A stretch of DNA of 64,000 nt from Candidatus Saccharimonadales bacterium. GTDB lineage: Bacteria; Patescibacteriota; Saccharimonadia; Saccharimonadales; JAGPDM01. Of this stretch, positions 39,602 to 49,133 are shown piece after piece; position 1 is the first letter of the stretch, and every line of letters starts with the position of its first letter. The stretch spans positions 6,216 to 70,215 of the forward strand of contig JBGAVT010000001.1 of assembly GCA_044227985.1 (NCBI GenBank), read 5' to 3'. The notes beneath the pieces were generated by a model. The model was not told where the DNA came from. It searched no databases and saw nothing but the letters and a program-made list of their open reading frames with translations. Made by a program: the position numbers and the translations under genes.

Positions 39602-40399
39602 CTAATACAGGAAGTATATGTTAGCTTTTGTTTGAATCAACTTATCCCGAATTAGCCCTTCCAGGGCCTCTTCCAACCGTTGATCAAAAAACTCGTGTTC
39701 AAGTTGTGTCAGGCTTTGCGGACCTCTGGAAACAAAACGAAGAATGCCTGCTCTAAGCTGTCGAGTACTTCCCACAAATGTTGATTGCTTGGTATATACA
39801 CTAGCCTTCCTATGTGTTGTAAGGCCTTGTTTTTTAAGCGATGTGCCATAGTCCATCAAAGCCCAGTACCATTCGCGCGGGTTATCATGATTAAGCACTT
39901 CGATGACTTTAGATAATATCTCTTTTTCACTAGTCTTATCTTTATCAGCAAAAAAATGATGAATTATGACTGTCCGAATATTTGTTTCCACAAAGCCAAT
40001 AGGTAGATTCTTTGAATATACAAGAATTGCAGCGGCAGTATTGTAGCCTATGCCTGGAAGCTCACTAAGCAATTTCGGATCCGTAGGCGTTTCTACATCC
40101 CAGTTACGCCTGCAGATTTCTTTGGCTGATTGATGGATAAAACGAGCACGACGATAGTAACCAAGCCCCTGCCATGCGCTAACGACATCCGCTTGGGTGG
40201 CCCGTGCAAGCGTAACTACACTAGGAAACTTTTGCAAAAAACTTCGGTAATGATCAACAACCCGTGGTGCCTGTGTTTGCTGTAACATAATTTCGCTCAC
40301 AAGGATTTTGTAAAAATCTGTTGTACTACGCCAAGGAAAGTCTCGTTTACTATGTCTATAAAATGCCCATACGAGATTATGGAAGCTAGAGACGGTCAT
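39602..40399 (-). CDS. mutY: A/G-specific adenine glycosylase (short, Fe-S-less MutY)
   Basis: R-x-x-PWR, VSEIMLQQT, WQGLGYY-x-RA, LPGIG-x-x-TA, ETN, ALMDYG. Confidence 0.88.
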   Translation of the reverse strand: MTVSSFHNLVWAFYRHSKRDFPWRSTTDFYKILVSEIMLQQTQAPRVVDHYRSFLQKFPSVVTLARATQADVVSAWQGLGYYRRARFIHQSAKEICRRNWDVETPTDPKLLSELPGIGYNTAAAILVYSKNLPIGFVETNIRTVIIHHFFADKDKTSEKEILSKVIEVLNHDNPREWYWALMDYGTSLKKQGLTTHRKASVYTKQSTFVGSTRQLRAGILRFVSRGPQSLTQLEHEFFDQRLEEALEGLIRDKLIQTKANIYFLY

Positions 40400-41135
40400 G
40401 AATTTGCTGTGCTTGATCCAAAAAACGCTTTCGGACTTCTGAGGCGTACGGATTGGCAGATTCCACCGTCAGGAACAAAGCGTCAGAATGTTGTTTTTCC
40501 TGTTCAGCTAGCGCAAGAAGTTTTTTATAGTAACCGGTAGTCAGAGAGGCTTCAGAAACACCGAGTTCAAGTAGACTTCGTCCAATAAAAAATGTAAGGC
40601 CTTGAATGGTAGCCATCTGTCTATCATGCTCCATTGGAGAAATTTCGACTACTTCACCTCCTTTTTCATCGATAATCGAAGTTAGCGTCTTTGTCCAAGG
40701 CGTTTGACGAAGTTCGTGGAAGACCCATTGGCGACTCTTCAGATCACCGCCTGTACTTTGGGGTCCGAACAATGGGTGGCTAGCAATCAGTCCGACATCT
40801 TCGGAGAAAGTTCGTAACATAATCTCACTCGGTCGCTCCTTAACCGAAAGTACGTCGATTATTGTAGCTCCAGGTTGAACGATTGGCGCAAGTTGTTGGC
40901 ATACAATTTCGAAATCAGAAAATGGGACTGCAATCCAGATCAAGTCTGCCTTGCCTGCCATCTCAAGATTAACTCTCGTTGTTTTTGCGCCCTCGAATTG
41001 GCTATCATTAGGATCAACCGCAACAACTGATTGGAACCCAAAGCTTTCAAGAACATGCGCTAATAATTGTCCAAATGGCCCAAAACCAACTATCGAAGTA
41101 GTCGATTGTTTTAGGTTAGGAAGTTGGCTGCTCAT
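40386..41135 (-). CDS. tyrA: Prephenate/arogenate dehydrogenase
   Basis: G-x-G-x-x-G, DVLSVK, HPLFGP, EHD-x-x-MA-x-x-QGLT. Confidence 0.9.
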   Translation of the reverse strand: MSSQLPNLKQSTTSIVGFGPFGQLLAHVLESFGFQSVVAVDPNDSQFEGAKTTRVNLEMAGKADLIWIAVPFSDFEIVCQQLAPIVQPGATIIDVLSVKERPSEIMLRTFSEDVGLIASHPLFGPQSTGGDLKSRQWVFHELRQTPWTKTLTSIIDEKGGEVVEISPMEHDRQMATIQGLTFFIGRSLLELGVSEASLTTGYYKKLLALAEQEKQHSDALFLTVESANPYASEVRKRFLDQAQQIHDRL

Positions 41136-41140
41136 ACGTT

Positions 41141-42055
41141 TTAAATTTTTGTTAGCCAGTTGTCGCTTAATTCGTGTTCACCACGAACAATGGCTTCAAA
41201 ACTATCACTAATCTGCTTAGTTATTTTTCCGGGAGTTTGGCTAATTTCACGTCGATCAATTCCTGCTACCCATGAAACCTTAGCAGCGGTACCTGTCACA
41301 AAGGCTTCTTCAGCAGTATATAGTTGACTACGACGGATAGGGCTTTCTTCGATCGGTATGTTATGCAGCGCTGCCAGCTCAACCACACAGCGGCGAGTTA
41401 TGCCTTCGAGTAAATCTCCGCCTAGACCTGGTGTCAGTAACACACCATGACGAACAATAAATAAATTCATGACTGCGCCTTCGCCGACATCACCCTTATG
41501 ATCAAGCATAATAGCGCTGTCAAAGCCGTTTGCCTGAGCCTCTTCAATCGCCATTGCTGCATTGATGTAAGCACCTGAAGCTTTGGCTTTAGCAGGGATA
41601 GCGTTGTCCGGCACCCGAATCCAACTACTGGTAGCAAGCTGCAATCCTTTACTACTATCGAGGTAATCCTCAAGATTCATAACATATACCGCTAACTGAT
41701 ATTCACCTGAGATCTTAGGTCCAAGTGCTATATCAGATCGATAGATAAATGGTCGTATATAGATATCCTGGTTTGGGTTATTAGCCTTCACAGTATCACT
41801 GATAATATGAGCTAATTTATCGGCAGTCAGTTTGTATGGAAAACCAAGAATCTTAACACTTTCGATCATACGCTTGGCATGATCAGCTAATCGCAGGATT
41901 GCCACAGAGCCATCAGCTTGTTTGTAGCCACGGAGTCCAGCAAATGTAGCTATAGCATACTGCAACCCTGCTGTAGCAATTGGTACATTTGCATTCTTGA
42001 AGTCGATAATCTCACCTTCAAAATATGCTTTTTCTAAATAATCATTATGCGTCAT
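41141..42055 (-). CDS. ilvE: Class IV aminotransferase (branched-chain type, probably serving aromatic amino acids here)
   Basis: LQYA-x-x-x-F-x-G-x-R, YIRP, KASGAY, EGA-x-x-N-x-F, LEGITR, TGTAA. Confidence 0.85.
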   Translation of the reverse strand: MTHNDYLEKAYFEGEIIDFKNANVPIATAGLQYAIATFAGLRGYKQADGSVAILRLADHAKRMIESVKILGFPYKLTADKLAHIISDTVKANNPNQDIYIRPFIYRSDIALGPKISGEYQLAVYVMNLEDYLDSSKGLQLATSSWIRVPDNAIPAKAKASGAYINAAMAIEEAQANGFDSAIMLDHKGDVGEGAVMNLFIVRHGVLLTPGLGGDLLEGITRRCVVELAALHNIPIEESPIRRSQLYTAEEAFVTGTAAKVSWVAGIDRREISQTPGKITKQISDSFEAIVRGEHELSDNWLTKI

Positions 42056-42336
42056 TTCCGTAACTCCTCAATTTCTGCTTCAATTGCCATCTCATGAAGC
42101 GTATCCCAAATCGTATCAATCCGTCGAATTGAAAGTTTATGTTTTGCAGCTAATTGCCGCTGTTTTTGCATGACCTTTTTCCATCGAGCAAGATTCTTAA
42201 TGGGAAGTTTATGTTTATGTTTAATAATCGCTACTTGCTTTACCGCTTTTTGTCGCTTCACCAAAAGACTCATCAGAGTCGTGTCAATTTGGTCAATCTC
42301 ATGACGTAAATCTGCTAATTCTTTCGGTTCTCTCAT
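42052..42336 (-). CDS. Monofunctional chorismate mutase (AroQ, type II)
   Basis: L-x-x-LR-x-EID-x-ID, L-x-x-R, V-x-x-x-K, R motifs. Start MREPK at 42336. Confidence 0.88.
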   Translation of the reverse strand: MREPKELADLRHEIDQIDTTLMSLLVKRQKAVKQVAIIKHKHKLPIKNLARWKKVMQKQRQLAAKHKLSIRRIDTIWDTLHEMAIEAEIEELRK

Positions 42337-42381
42337 GCTACCCATGATAGCACAAATCCTTTCAATTTTATGATGTAGTAA

Positions 42382-43464
42382 CTAAAGTTTACGTGCATTT
42401 TGTTGCAAAAGTGCATCAAGCAATACAATAGCCATCATAGCCTCAACAATTGGCACCGCTCGTGGCAACACTGCAGGGTCATGACGACCTTTAAGATTCT
42501 CTAACGTAACCTCGTTACCGTCACTATCGACAGTATTTTGAGTTTTTAAAACTGTTGAGGTTGGCTTAAAGGCTACATTGCACACAATCGGCTCACCATT
42601 GCTGATACCGCCCTGCACACCACCTGAATTATTTGTTTTTGTGCCGATTTTACCTTTTTTAGCAACAAACTCATCATTGTGCTCAAGCCCTGTCATACGA
42701 GTTCCGCCAAAACCGCTACCAATTTCAAAACCCTTAGTAGCGTTGATTGAAAGCATCGCCTTTGCTAGCTCAGCTTCAAGTCGGTCATAAACTGGTTCAC
42801 CTAGACCAACAGGAACATTTCGAGCGACAACCGTGATCACACCACCGACAGAGTTTCCATCCTGTTTCATCCGTTTAACTAGCTCAATCATCTTTTCAGC
42901 CGCAACAGGATCAGCACAACGGACAATATTAGCTTCTACGTTATCTCGAGTAAATGAATCAACATCAAGCTCAGCGGTAATTTCGTGGATTTGTTTAACA
43001 CTGGCAACAATCTCAATACCATTTTGAATCAAAATTTTGCGAGCTATCGCACCAGCCATAATTCTGGCTACAGTTTCACGAGCACTGCTACGTCCACCAC
43101 CCGCAACCGCACGTCGACCGTACTTCTGCTCATAAGTAAAATCTGCATGACTGGGTCGATAGACTTTTGCGAGATTGCCATAATCCTGAGAACGTTGATC
43201 TTTATTACGAATGAGCATGGCAATCGGCGAGCCGAGTGTGATTCCTTCGGAAATTCCAGATAGAATTTCTACCTGATCTGGTTCATCTCTGTCTGTTGTA
43301 ACAACACTTTGGCCAGGTCGACGGCGATCAAGTTCAACTTGAATATCTTCTAGAGATATCTCAATCCCGGCAGGGCAACCGTCAATAACAACACCGACTC
43401 CAGCCCCGTGACTCTCACCAAAACTAGTAATTTGATACAAATTTCCAAAACTATTTCCGGGCAT
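42382..43464 (-). CDS. aroC: Chorismate synthase
   Basis: [27 protein letters not shown]-x-x-GG-x-x-GGISNG, FKPT, GRHDP. Confidence 0.97.
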   Translation of the reverse strand: MPGNSFGNLYQITSFGESHGAGVGVVIDGCPAGIEISLEDIQVELDRRRPGQSVVTTDRDEPDQVEILSGISEGITLGSPIAMLIRNKDQRSQDYGNLAKVYRPSHADFTYEQKYGRRAVAGGGRSSARETVARIMAGAIARKILIQNGIEIVASVKQIHEITAELDVDSFTRDNVEANIVRCADPVAAEKMIELVKRMKQDGNSVGGVITVVARNVPVGLGEPVYDRLEAELAKAMLSINATKGFEIGSGFGGTRMTGLEHNDEFVAKKGKIGTKTNNSGGVQGGISNGEPIVCNVAFKPTSTVLKTQNTVDSDGNEVTLENLKGRHDPAVLPRAVPIVEAMMAIVLLDALLQQNARKL

Positions 43465-43465
43465 A

Positions 43466-44134
43466 TTATTCTCCTCTTTCAATTACTTCTAGCATAGCAT
43501 CAACGCTCATTTGACCCGGAGCAACACTTGAACCAGTTGCGACAAACATTAATGCACTACCTCTTTTCAATGCCTCAACTCGCAGACCATCATCATCACC
43601 GCTCATAGGGATCAATGCAAAATTTTGTTTTGGATAATCTGTAAATAAACTAAATAATCGAGCAGACTCAGCGCTGGAGCTCACCCGACAAGCAATTTTA
43701 ATGATCGATGGACTATGCTGTTTAGCAATTTCTATAAGATCATTCAGCTTTTGCATAGTCGGCGTTCGTTCAAAATTATGATACGACAATAGTCTTTTTT
43801 CTTGAACTATTTTTTCTACTAGCATTTTATTTGAGATATCAATATCGATGTAAATAGTATTTTTGAGCCCAGATAATTCCTGTAATAATCGAGTGCGTTT
43901 GTCTTCATCCCCATCGAACCTCCCGCCTTCATTTACGCTTCGGAGTGTTACTATAACTTTCTGTCGAACTAGTTTAATTGCTTCAACAATGGCTTGCTCA
44001 TTAAGCTTATTCAAATAATCAAGACGCCATTCAACTAACAAAATTTCTTCGGGTAGCTGGCGAAACTGCTCAAGGCTTACAACAATTGTTGACTCTGCGA
44101 CCACACCGACAATTCGATCTACTAGTTGGCTCAT
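43466..44134 (-). CDS. aroD: 3-dehydroquinate dehydratase type I
   Basis: EWRLD, TLR-x-x-x-EGG, SYHNF-x-x-TP, KIA, APGQ. Confidence 0.9.
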   Translation of the reverse strand: MSQLVDRIVGVVAESTIVVSLEQFRQLPEEILLVEWRLDYLNKLNEQAIVEAIKLVRQKVIVTLRSVNEGGRFDGDEDKRTRLLQELSGLKNTIYIDIDISNKMLVEKIVQEKRLLSYHNFERTPTMQKLNDLIEIAKQHSPSIIKIACRVSSSAESARLFSLFTDYPKQNFALIPMSGDDDGLRVEALKRGSALMFVATGSSVAPGQMSVDAMLEVIERGE

Positions 44135-44922
44135 TGTCCGATCGCCTCACGCATAACTTGTTGTGGGGCATCTCTTCCAGTAAAAATTCGAAACTGCTCA
44201 TAAGCTTGTGCGAGTAGCAATTCATAACCAGAAATTGTTGAGGCTCCAATATGTTTCGCCTGTTGTACCAATACGGTCTCAGGTGGCTTATAAATCGATT
44301 CGAATACAAGCTGGTCGGGATTTAAAAATTTTACATCAATCGGTGTTTCATTGACAAGCTCCGCCATTCCAACACTTGTAGTATTAATTATCGTGTCTAT
44401 ATCTTCGGTGTCATCAATCTCAGTAATAACATTTATCCCCGGGAAATCTTGTCGTAATTTTTGAAGTCGGCTGACTGTTCGATTATAAACAAGCACCTCA
44501 AGCGGCTCGGAGTGAAGCGCTGCGTAAACAGCAGCACGAGCGGCACCGCCAGCACCAAGAATCAAAACCCGCTTTGCTCGCAATCCATCGACAGCATTTA
44601 ACGGTCGGCTATACCCAAGCCAATCCGTATTACTGCCAATCCAGCGATTATTTCTTTTTACCATTGTGTTAGCAACACCAATATTTCTAGCAGCATGATC
44701 AAGTTCGTCGGCTACTTCGTATGCTAGCGCTTTCAATGGCATTGTAACGCTAAAACCATCGAAATTAGTAGCCTCAGAGCTCCACCACTTACGGAAATCA
44801 TCCTCCGTGACCTGAACTGCTGTATAGTTGGCAGAGATGCCGAGCGCGGCAAATCCTGCACTGTGAATTATTGGTGACAAGCTATGTTCAACTGGATTTC
44901 CAATGACTGCAAACCGTCTCAT
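44131..44922 (-). CDS. aroE: Shikimate dehydrogenase
   Basis: HSLSP-x-x-H, VTMPLK, ANT, NTD, GAGGAA, NRT, NTTSVG. Confidence 0.95.
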   Translation of the reverse strand: MRRFAVIGNPVEHSLSPIIHSAGFAALGISANYTAVQVTEDDFRKWWSSEATNFDGFSVTMPLKALAYEVADELDHAARNIGVANTMVKRNNRWIGSNTDWLGYSRPLNAVDGLRAKRVLILGAGGAARAAVYAALHSEPLEVLVYNRTVSRLQKLRQDFPGINVITEIDDTEDIDTIINTTSVGMAELVNETPIDVKFLNPDQLVFESIYKPPETVLVQQAKHIGASTISGYELLLAQAYEQFRIFTGRDAPQQVMREAIGQ

Positions 44923-45416
44923 GACTCAACTCCAATTTGTTGATATATTTCAATAGCGAGCTGCTCAGGAGTTTTAATTCTGGCGTCAATCGTTATCGTT
45001 GCATACTTTTGATATAATTTTTGTCGAGTATTAAAAAGAACTAATGCAGCATCTTTGTCCTTCATTAAGGGACGATCAGTATCACCAACACGCCCAACTG
45101 ACGTCTGAAAATCAATATAAAGATAAATCACCGAAGCATTTTCACATAAAGGTTGCATCGCTTCGGAACTTTCAACCACACCACCACCCGTAGCGATGAC
45201 TGCATTACTCTCAACTGCCAGCTGTTTAGCAAGTCCAGTTTCATAGCGACGAAAATTCTCTTCACCTTCTTCCTTGAAAAAATCTGCTGTTGTCATTTTC
45301 AAGTCTTCTTCAAGTACGGCGTCCATATCAAGCACCCCTACTTCTAAAAGACTGGCCAACTCACGTGCTACAGTCGATTTTCCCGACCCCATAAAACCAA
45401 TTAGAACTACCTTCAT
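44919..45416 (-). CDS. aroK: Shikimate kinase
   Basis: GFMGSGKST, GE-x-x-FR-x-x-E, ATGGG, RPL, R-x-x-x-Y. Confidence 0.95.
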   Translation of the reverse strand: MKVVLIGFMGSGKSTVARELASLLEVGVLDMDAVLEEDLKMTTADFFKEEGEENFRRYETGLAKQLAVESNAVIATGGGVVESSEAMQPLCENASVIYLYIDFQTSVGRVGDTDRPLMKDKDAALVLFNTRQKLYQKYATITIDARIKTPEQLAIEIYQQIGVES

Positions 45417-46669
45417 ACAACGTCCTCAAAAATAATACCGAAATGCTTAAGTTTGCTCCAAAAATCTGGAAACGATTTCTCGACCACATCAGGATCTTCG
45501 ATAATAATCCCCTCCACTACTGCTGAAAGTGGACTAATCGACATAGCCATACGATGATCGTGATAGGTTTTTATCCTAGCTGACGAAATTACACTTGGAA
45601 AAATTCGGATACTAGCAGTATCAATCTCTGTTCTTATTCCTAGCTTTTCCAGCTCAGTCTTCATAGCAACCAATCTATCAGTTTCTTTTCCTGGGAGTGT
45701 TGATAATCCGCTTATGTAACTTTCTTCAATGGCTTGCGTTGCTAAAACGGCTGCGGTTTGAGCAGTGTCTGAGCAATTTATCATATTGTAGTTGATCGAC
45801 TTGATCTTTTTAGCAGGAGAAACAACTAGTCCATCAGCTGTTTCTGAAACTTGCGCTCCCATATTTTCTAAAACTTTAACAAACTCAATATCACCCTGTG
45901 CCGAGTTGAGGCTAATGTATGGAATCTGGACTATTTGCTGACGAAGCATTCCAAATGACCACATATAGCCAGCCGCCGCAGCATCCGCTTCAACAATTAT
46001 CTCATTAGACGTTCTTAATTGATTTTGTATCGTGCGAGTCAAATCGCTATATGCAACAGACACCGGCTTATTCTTTTGAAGAATCTCAAGTCCCGATTCG
46101 AACAATGGTGAAATAAGCTGTAAGGCAGTAATAAATTGGCTACTAATTGATGCGTCAACTTCAATGATTTTTTTCTCTTTTGGCACAATTGCACCAGAAA
46201 CTAGTATTGGCAATCTTCCTGATTCGCCTTGTTCAGATATTTGTGCGCCAAGTGATTTCAGCGCATTGATTAATATTCCCATTGGGCGTTTTTTCAATCG
46301 TTCACTGCCGGTGATAATAACTTCAAATCCCGGTAAGAATGCTACAAAAGCTAATAAAAATCGTGAAGTTGTCCCAGCTGGGCCACAATCAATCGTTAGT
46401 TGCTTTGGAGTGATCGTATCAACTGAATTCTCTATAATCCAATCACCACTTTGGCTAATAGAAATATCAATTCCCAGATCGATTAATGAATCACGCAGCG
46501 TTAAACTATCTACACTGAGACTGGGATTAATGACAGTAATCGGACGCGGGTCAATACTCGCAGCGATTAAAGCACGATTAGTAATGCTTTTACTTCCCGG
46601 CACATCCAAAATTATCGGATCACTTGATGGTTTCCAGTTGGCGTCTCGTGTCAGCTTTATAGCATTCAT
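45413..46669 (-). CDS. aroA: EPSP synthase
   Basis: PGSKSITNRA, AGT-x-x-RF, RPM, SSQF, KETDRL, DHRMAM, KSFP-x-F. Confidence 0.93.
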   Translation of the reverse strand: MNAIKLTRDANWKPSSDPIILDVPGSKSITNRALIAASIDPRPITVINPSLSVDSLTLRDSLIDLGIDISISQSGDWIIENSVDTITPKQLTIDCGPAGTTSRFLLAFVAFLPGFEVIITGSERLKKRPMGILINALKSLGAQISEQGESGRLPILVSGAIVPKEKKIIEVDASISSQFITALQLISPLFESGLEILQKNKPVSVAYSDLTRTIQNQLRTSNEIIVEADAAAAGYMWSFGMLRQQIVQIPYISLNSAQGDIEFVKVLENMGAQVSETADGLVVSPAKKIKSINYNMINCSDTAQTAAVLATQAIEESYISGLSTLPGKETDRLVAMKTELEKLGIRTEIDTASIRIFPSVISSARIKTYHDHRMAMSISPLSAVVEGIIIEDPDVVEKSFPDFWSKLKHFGIIFEDVV

Positions 46670-47737
46670 TTATGAACGATCCAACCACTTAAGTGCACCT
46701 AGTACGCTCTCTTCGTCAATTTTATAGTCAGTAATTACCTGCCCTATTTCACGCGGTATGGCCCATTGGATTTCCCCCGAGTGATTCTTTTTATCTCCGC
46801 GAATGGCCACTAAAAATTCTTCGGGTTCGATGCCAACATCAAGCCTAGTTGGTAGATTATATTGCACCAATAGCTCAGATACAACATCGACGAGTTCTGA
46901 CAGACCTGCCGCATACAACTCGCCGAGCATACCAAGTCCAACCGCTTCACCGTGCAGCAATGGTTTAAATGTATGATGGGACAGACTTTCGAGTGCATGA
47001 CCAAAAGTATGACCAAAATTAAGAACCTTGCGTTGGTTGGCTTCGCGTTCATCCAGAGCAACAACATCGACTTTCACCTGAACAGATTTAGCTACTAGTT
47101 TCGTCAATTTTTCTGCACCATTTTTATCAAAAACATTTTCTTTCAGATCATGAAGTATCGTATTTTTAGTAATAACTGCATGCTTAATAATCTCGCCAAA
47201 GCCTTCCACGAAAACCCGATCACTCAATGTCGAAAGACACGAGGTATTACAATATACGCCGGTTGGCTGTGTAAATGTACCAATATTATTTTTTAAACCA
47301 GCAAAATTAATGCCTGTCTTTCCACCAACTGCAGCATCGACTTGTGCCAATAGTGTTGTCGGAATATTAATAAAACGAATTCCACGTTTATAGGTTGCGG
47401 CAGCAAATCCACCTAGATCAGTTATGACCCCACCACCAACGTTGATTATCAACGCATTACGGTCGGCGCTGGCGGCATTTAATTGCTGCCAAATTGATTC
47501 AACTGTTCGAATATTCTTATACTGTTCGCCAGGTTCAATTTCGATTAATTGAGGACTATTTATGCGCTTACTGCTAATAGCGTCAAAATATAGTGGTGCT
47601 ACATTGCTATCACTCACAACAAAAATTTGGGACACATCAGTTGGGATCATCTGGGTCAGACGATCAAAATCTTGTTCAACCAAGATTTGGTAGCTAGATC
47701 TTGTCGCACTAGTCGTGAGATCAATTTGATTACTCAT
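46670..47737 (-). CDS. aroB: 3-dehydroquinate synthase
   Basis: GGGVITDLGGF, RGI, PTTLLAQVDAAVGGKTG, KN-x-IG-x-F, LNFGHTFGHALE, HGEAV. Confidence 0.96.
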   Translation of the reverse strand: MSNQIDLTTSATRSSYQILVEQDFDRLTQMIPTDVSQIFVVSDSNVAPLYFDAISSKRINSPQLIEIEPGEQYKNIRTVESIWQQLNAASADRNALIINVGGGVITDLGGFAAATYKRGIRFINIPTTLLAQVDAAVGGKTGINFAGLKNNIGTFTQPTGVYCNTSCLSTLSDRVFVEGFGEIIKHAVITKNTILHDLKENVFDKNGAEKLTKLVAKSVQVKVDVVALDEREANQRKVLNFGHTFGHALESLSHHTFKPLLHGEAVGLGMLGELYAAGLSELVDVVSELLVQYNLPTRLDVGIEPEEFLVAIRGDKKNHSGEIQWAIPREIGQVITDYKIDEESVLGALKWLDRS

Positions 47738-47739
47738 GG

Positions 47740-48783
47740 CTACGCTACCGCCGAGTCGGCCAACCTTCTCAGCAAGGTTTCGGTTTCAGCAACATTCACC
47801 GTAGGATCAGTTTTGCTGTAGCCATATGTAGAGTCTTTAGCATCCTTGATCGTACCTTTTTCAAGGTAGCTTTCAAGCATGATTCCACGTATATGATGTT
47901 TTATATCTGAGTCTTGAATAAGATTAATCGCGGCTTCAGCTGCTCGATATTGTCCATCAGCCGACTTCGATCCATTACTGTACCCAGCACCGTTACCATG
48001 GCTAGCATCAATTATCACACCGAGGTTATCGATTCCAACTTCATTCAGCGCTATCACTGCCTGTTCTACAGACTCGACATCGATATTACTTCGAAGACCG
48101 CCACGAGCATCCTGTACGCCTCGCAATATAATTCCACCGGCTATGCCACCTGGTGTGTCAATCATAGAAAACTGTCCATCTTCGTCAAGTAATGGGACAT
48201 TATCATGCTGTGATTTTACAGCCAACATTGCTTGAGCCGCAGTCAACATATCACCAAAAATACCATTTTTTGAAAGTGTTGGAATCTCGGGCATGCTACT
48301 AGCTTGTAAGCGCACATTCTGATCAGTCACATTACGCGCTCCAATCCATTGTGCCGCCAAGATATCTCCGTAATACTGACCCTGGCTTGGAGCTAGTAAT
48401 TCTATTGCAATTGGAAAACCAGCATTTACGAGTTGCGCCAATGCCGATCGAGCCTGTGGAACTGATTCACTTTCAAGTCCTCTCCAGCCAGTGGTTGTTC
48501 GTGGTTTCAGCGGATTAGCACGAATTACAACTTTAACTTGCTTCGAGACTTCGCCAATCAATCCCTCGATCTTAGTAGCAAACTCAAAGATTGCTCCAGA
48601 ATCATCAAGACTACAAGGACCAACAAAAGCTAAAAACCTTTTATCGCGGCCTTCTAAAATTTCGATAATTTCTCTGCGATGCTGTGTCAATTGTATAGCT
48701 GCTGCCGAGGTAATCGGGTGCCGTGCCCGAAGATCACTCGGGATAATCATTTTTTTACTATTTGTCTTCATTGTTAGTTCCAT
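47740..48783 (-). CDS. DAHP synthase, class I-alpha (divergent AroF/AroG/AroH type)
   Basis: VGPCS, KPRTTTGWRG, IGAR, KNG, ILRG, DASHGN, G-x-M-x-ES, YG-x-S-x-TD; AAGGA SD. Confidence 0.88.
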   Translation of the reverse strand: MELTMKTNSKKMIIPSDLRARHPITSAAAIQLTQHRREIIEILEGRDKRFLAFVGPCSLDDSGAIFEFATKIEGLIGEVSKQVKVVIRANPLKPRTTTGWRGLESESVPQARSALAQLVNAGFPIAIELLAPSQGQYYGDILAAQWIGARNVTDQNVRLQASSMPEIPTLSKNGIFGDMLTAAQAMLAVKSQHDNVPLLDEDGQFSMIDTPGGIAGGIILRGVQDARGGLRSNIDVESVEQAVIALNEVGIDNLGVIIDASHGNGAGYSNGSKSADGQYRAAEAAINLIQDSDIKHHIRGIMLESYLEKGTIKDAKDSTYGYSKTDPTVNVAETETLLRRLADSAVA

Positions 48784-48805
48784 TGTAGTCCTTTTTCGGT
48801 TAAAT

Positions 48806-48834
48806 AAAAAACCGCTCTATGTTTGTGAGCGGCT
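48806..48834 (-). terminator. Attenuator terminator hairpin of the aro operon leader
   Basis: AGCCGCTC-acaaacata-GAGCGGTT followed by TTTT, about 22 nt before the DAHP synthase ATG. Confidence 0.85.
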
Positions 48835-48862
48835 ATTTTGGCAATTTTTAATAAAACGTCAA

Positions 48863-48919
48863 TTAGTCCGCTGTTGCGTACCAATAAAAGCTAAAAAAGT
48901 TTGCACTGTTGTTAATCAT
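48863..48919 (-). CDS. Aromatic amino acid attenuator leader peptide MINNSANFFSFYWYATAD
   Basis: atg att aac aac agt gca aac ttt ttt agc ttt tat tgg tac gca aca gcg gac taa. Six aromatic codons in a seven-codon stretch, lying between a promoter and a terminator upstream of the aro operon. Confidence 0.85.
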   Translation of the reverse strand: MINNSANFFSFYWYATAD

Positions 48920-48926
48920 AAAATTA

Positions 48927-48955
48927 AATTTATCATAGATTAATGTATATGTCAA
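48927..48955 (-). promoter_or_regulatory. Sigma70 promoter of the aro operon
   Basis: TTGACA-17 bp-TAAATT with extended TG; the leader ATG follows after a 7-nt spacer. Confidence 0.8.
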
Positions 48956-49133
48956 AATATAATGATTTAATATAGTCAAAAATGGTGTTTAGTTTAATAT
49001 AGATCTACACCGTAGTACAAGGCAAATTTTTATAGACTGCTGAATCGATCTTACAATTTTTCTGAACAGCACCTTCAAAAAGACTACGGTGAAATATATT
49101 TTTCACATTGGATAAATCGCTAGCAACTCCTAA

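Noticed and set aside
41141-42055. Aminodeoxychorismate lyase (PabC) for folate synthesis
   Set aside because: Same fold, but the F-x-G-x-R, YIRP and KA-x-G-x-Y motifs and the position beside tyrA favour an aminotransferase. Not fully excluded.
46164-46727. 187-aa plus-strand ORF and the many other short overlapping ORFs in the track
   Set aside because: They are antisense or out-of-frame shadows of well-supported genes, with no motifs or initiation signals.
48491-48943. 150-aa plus-strand ORF over the aro leader
   Set aside because: Antisense to DAHP synthase and the attenuator, with no motif. The minus-strand leader explains the region better.
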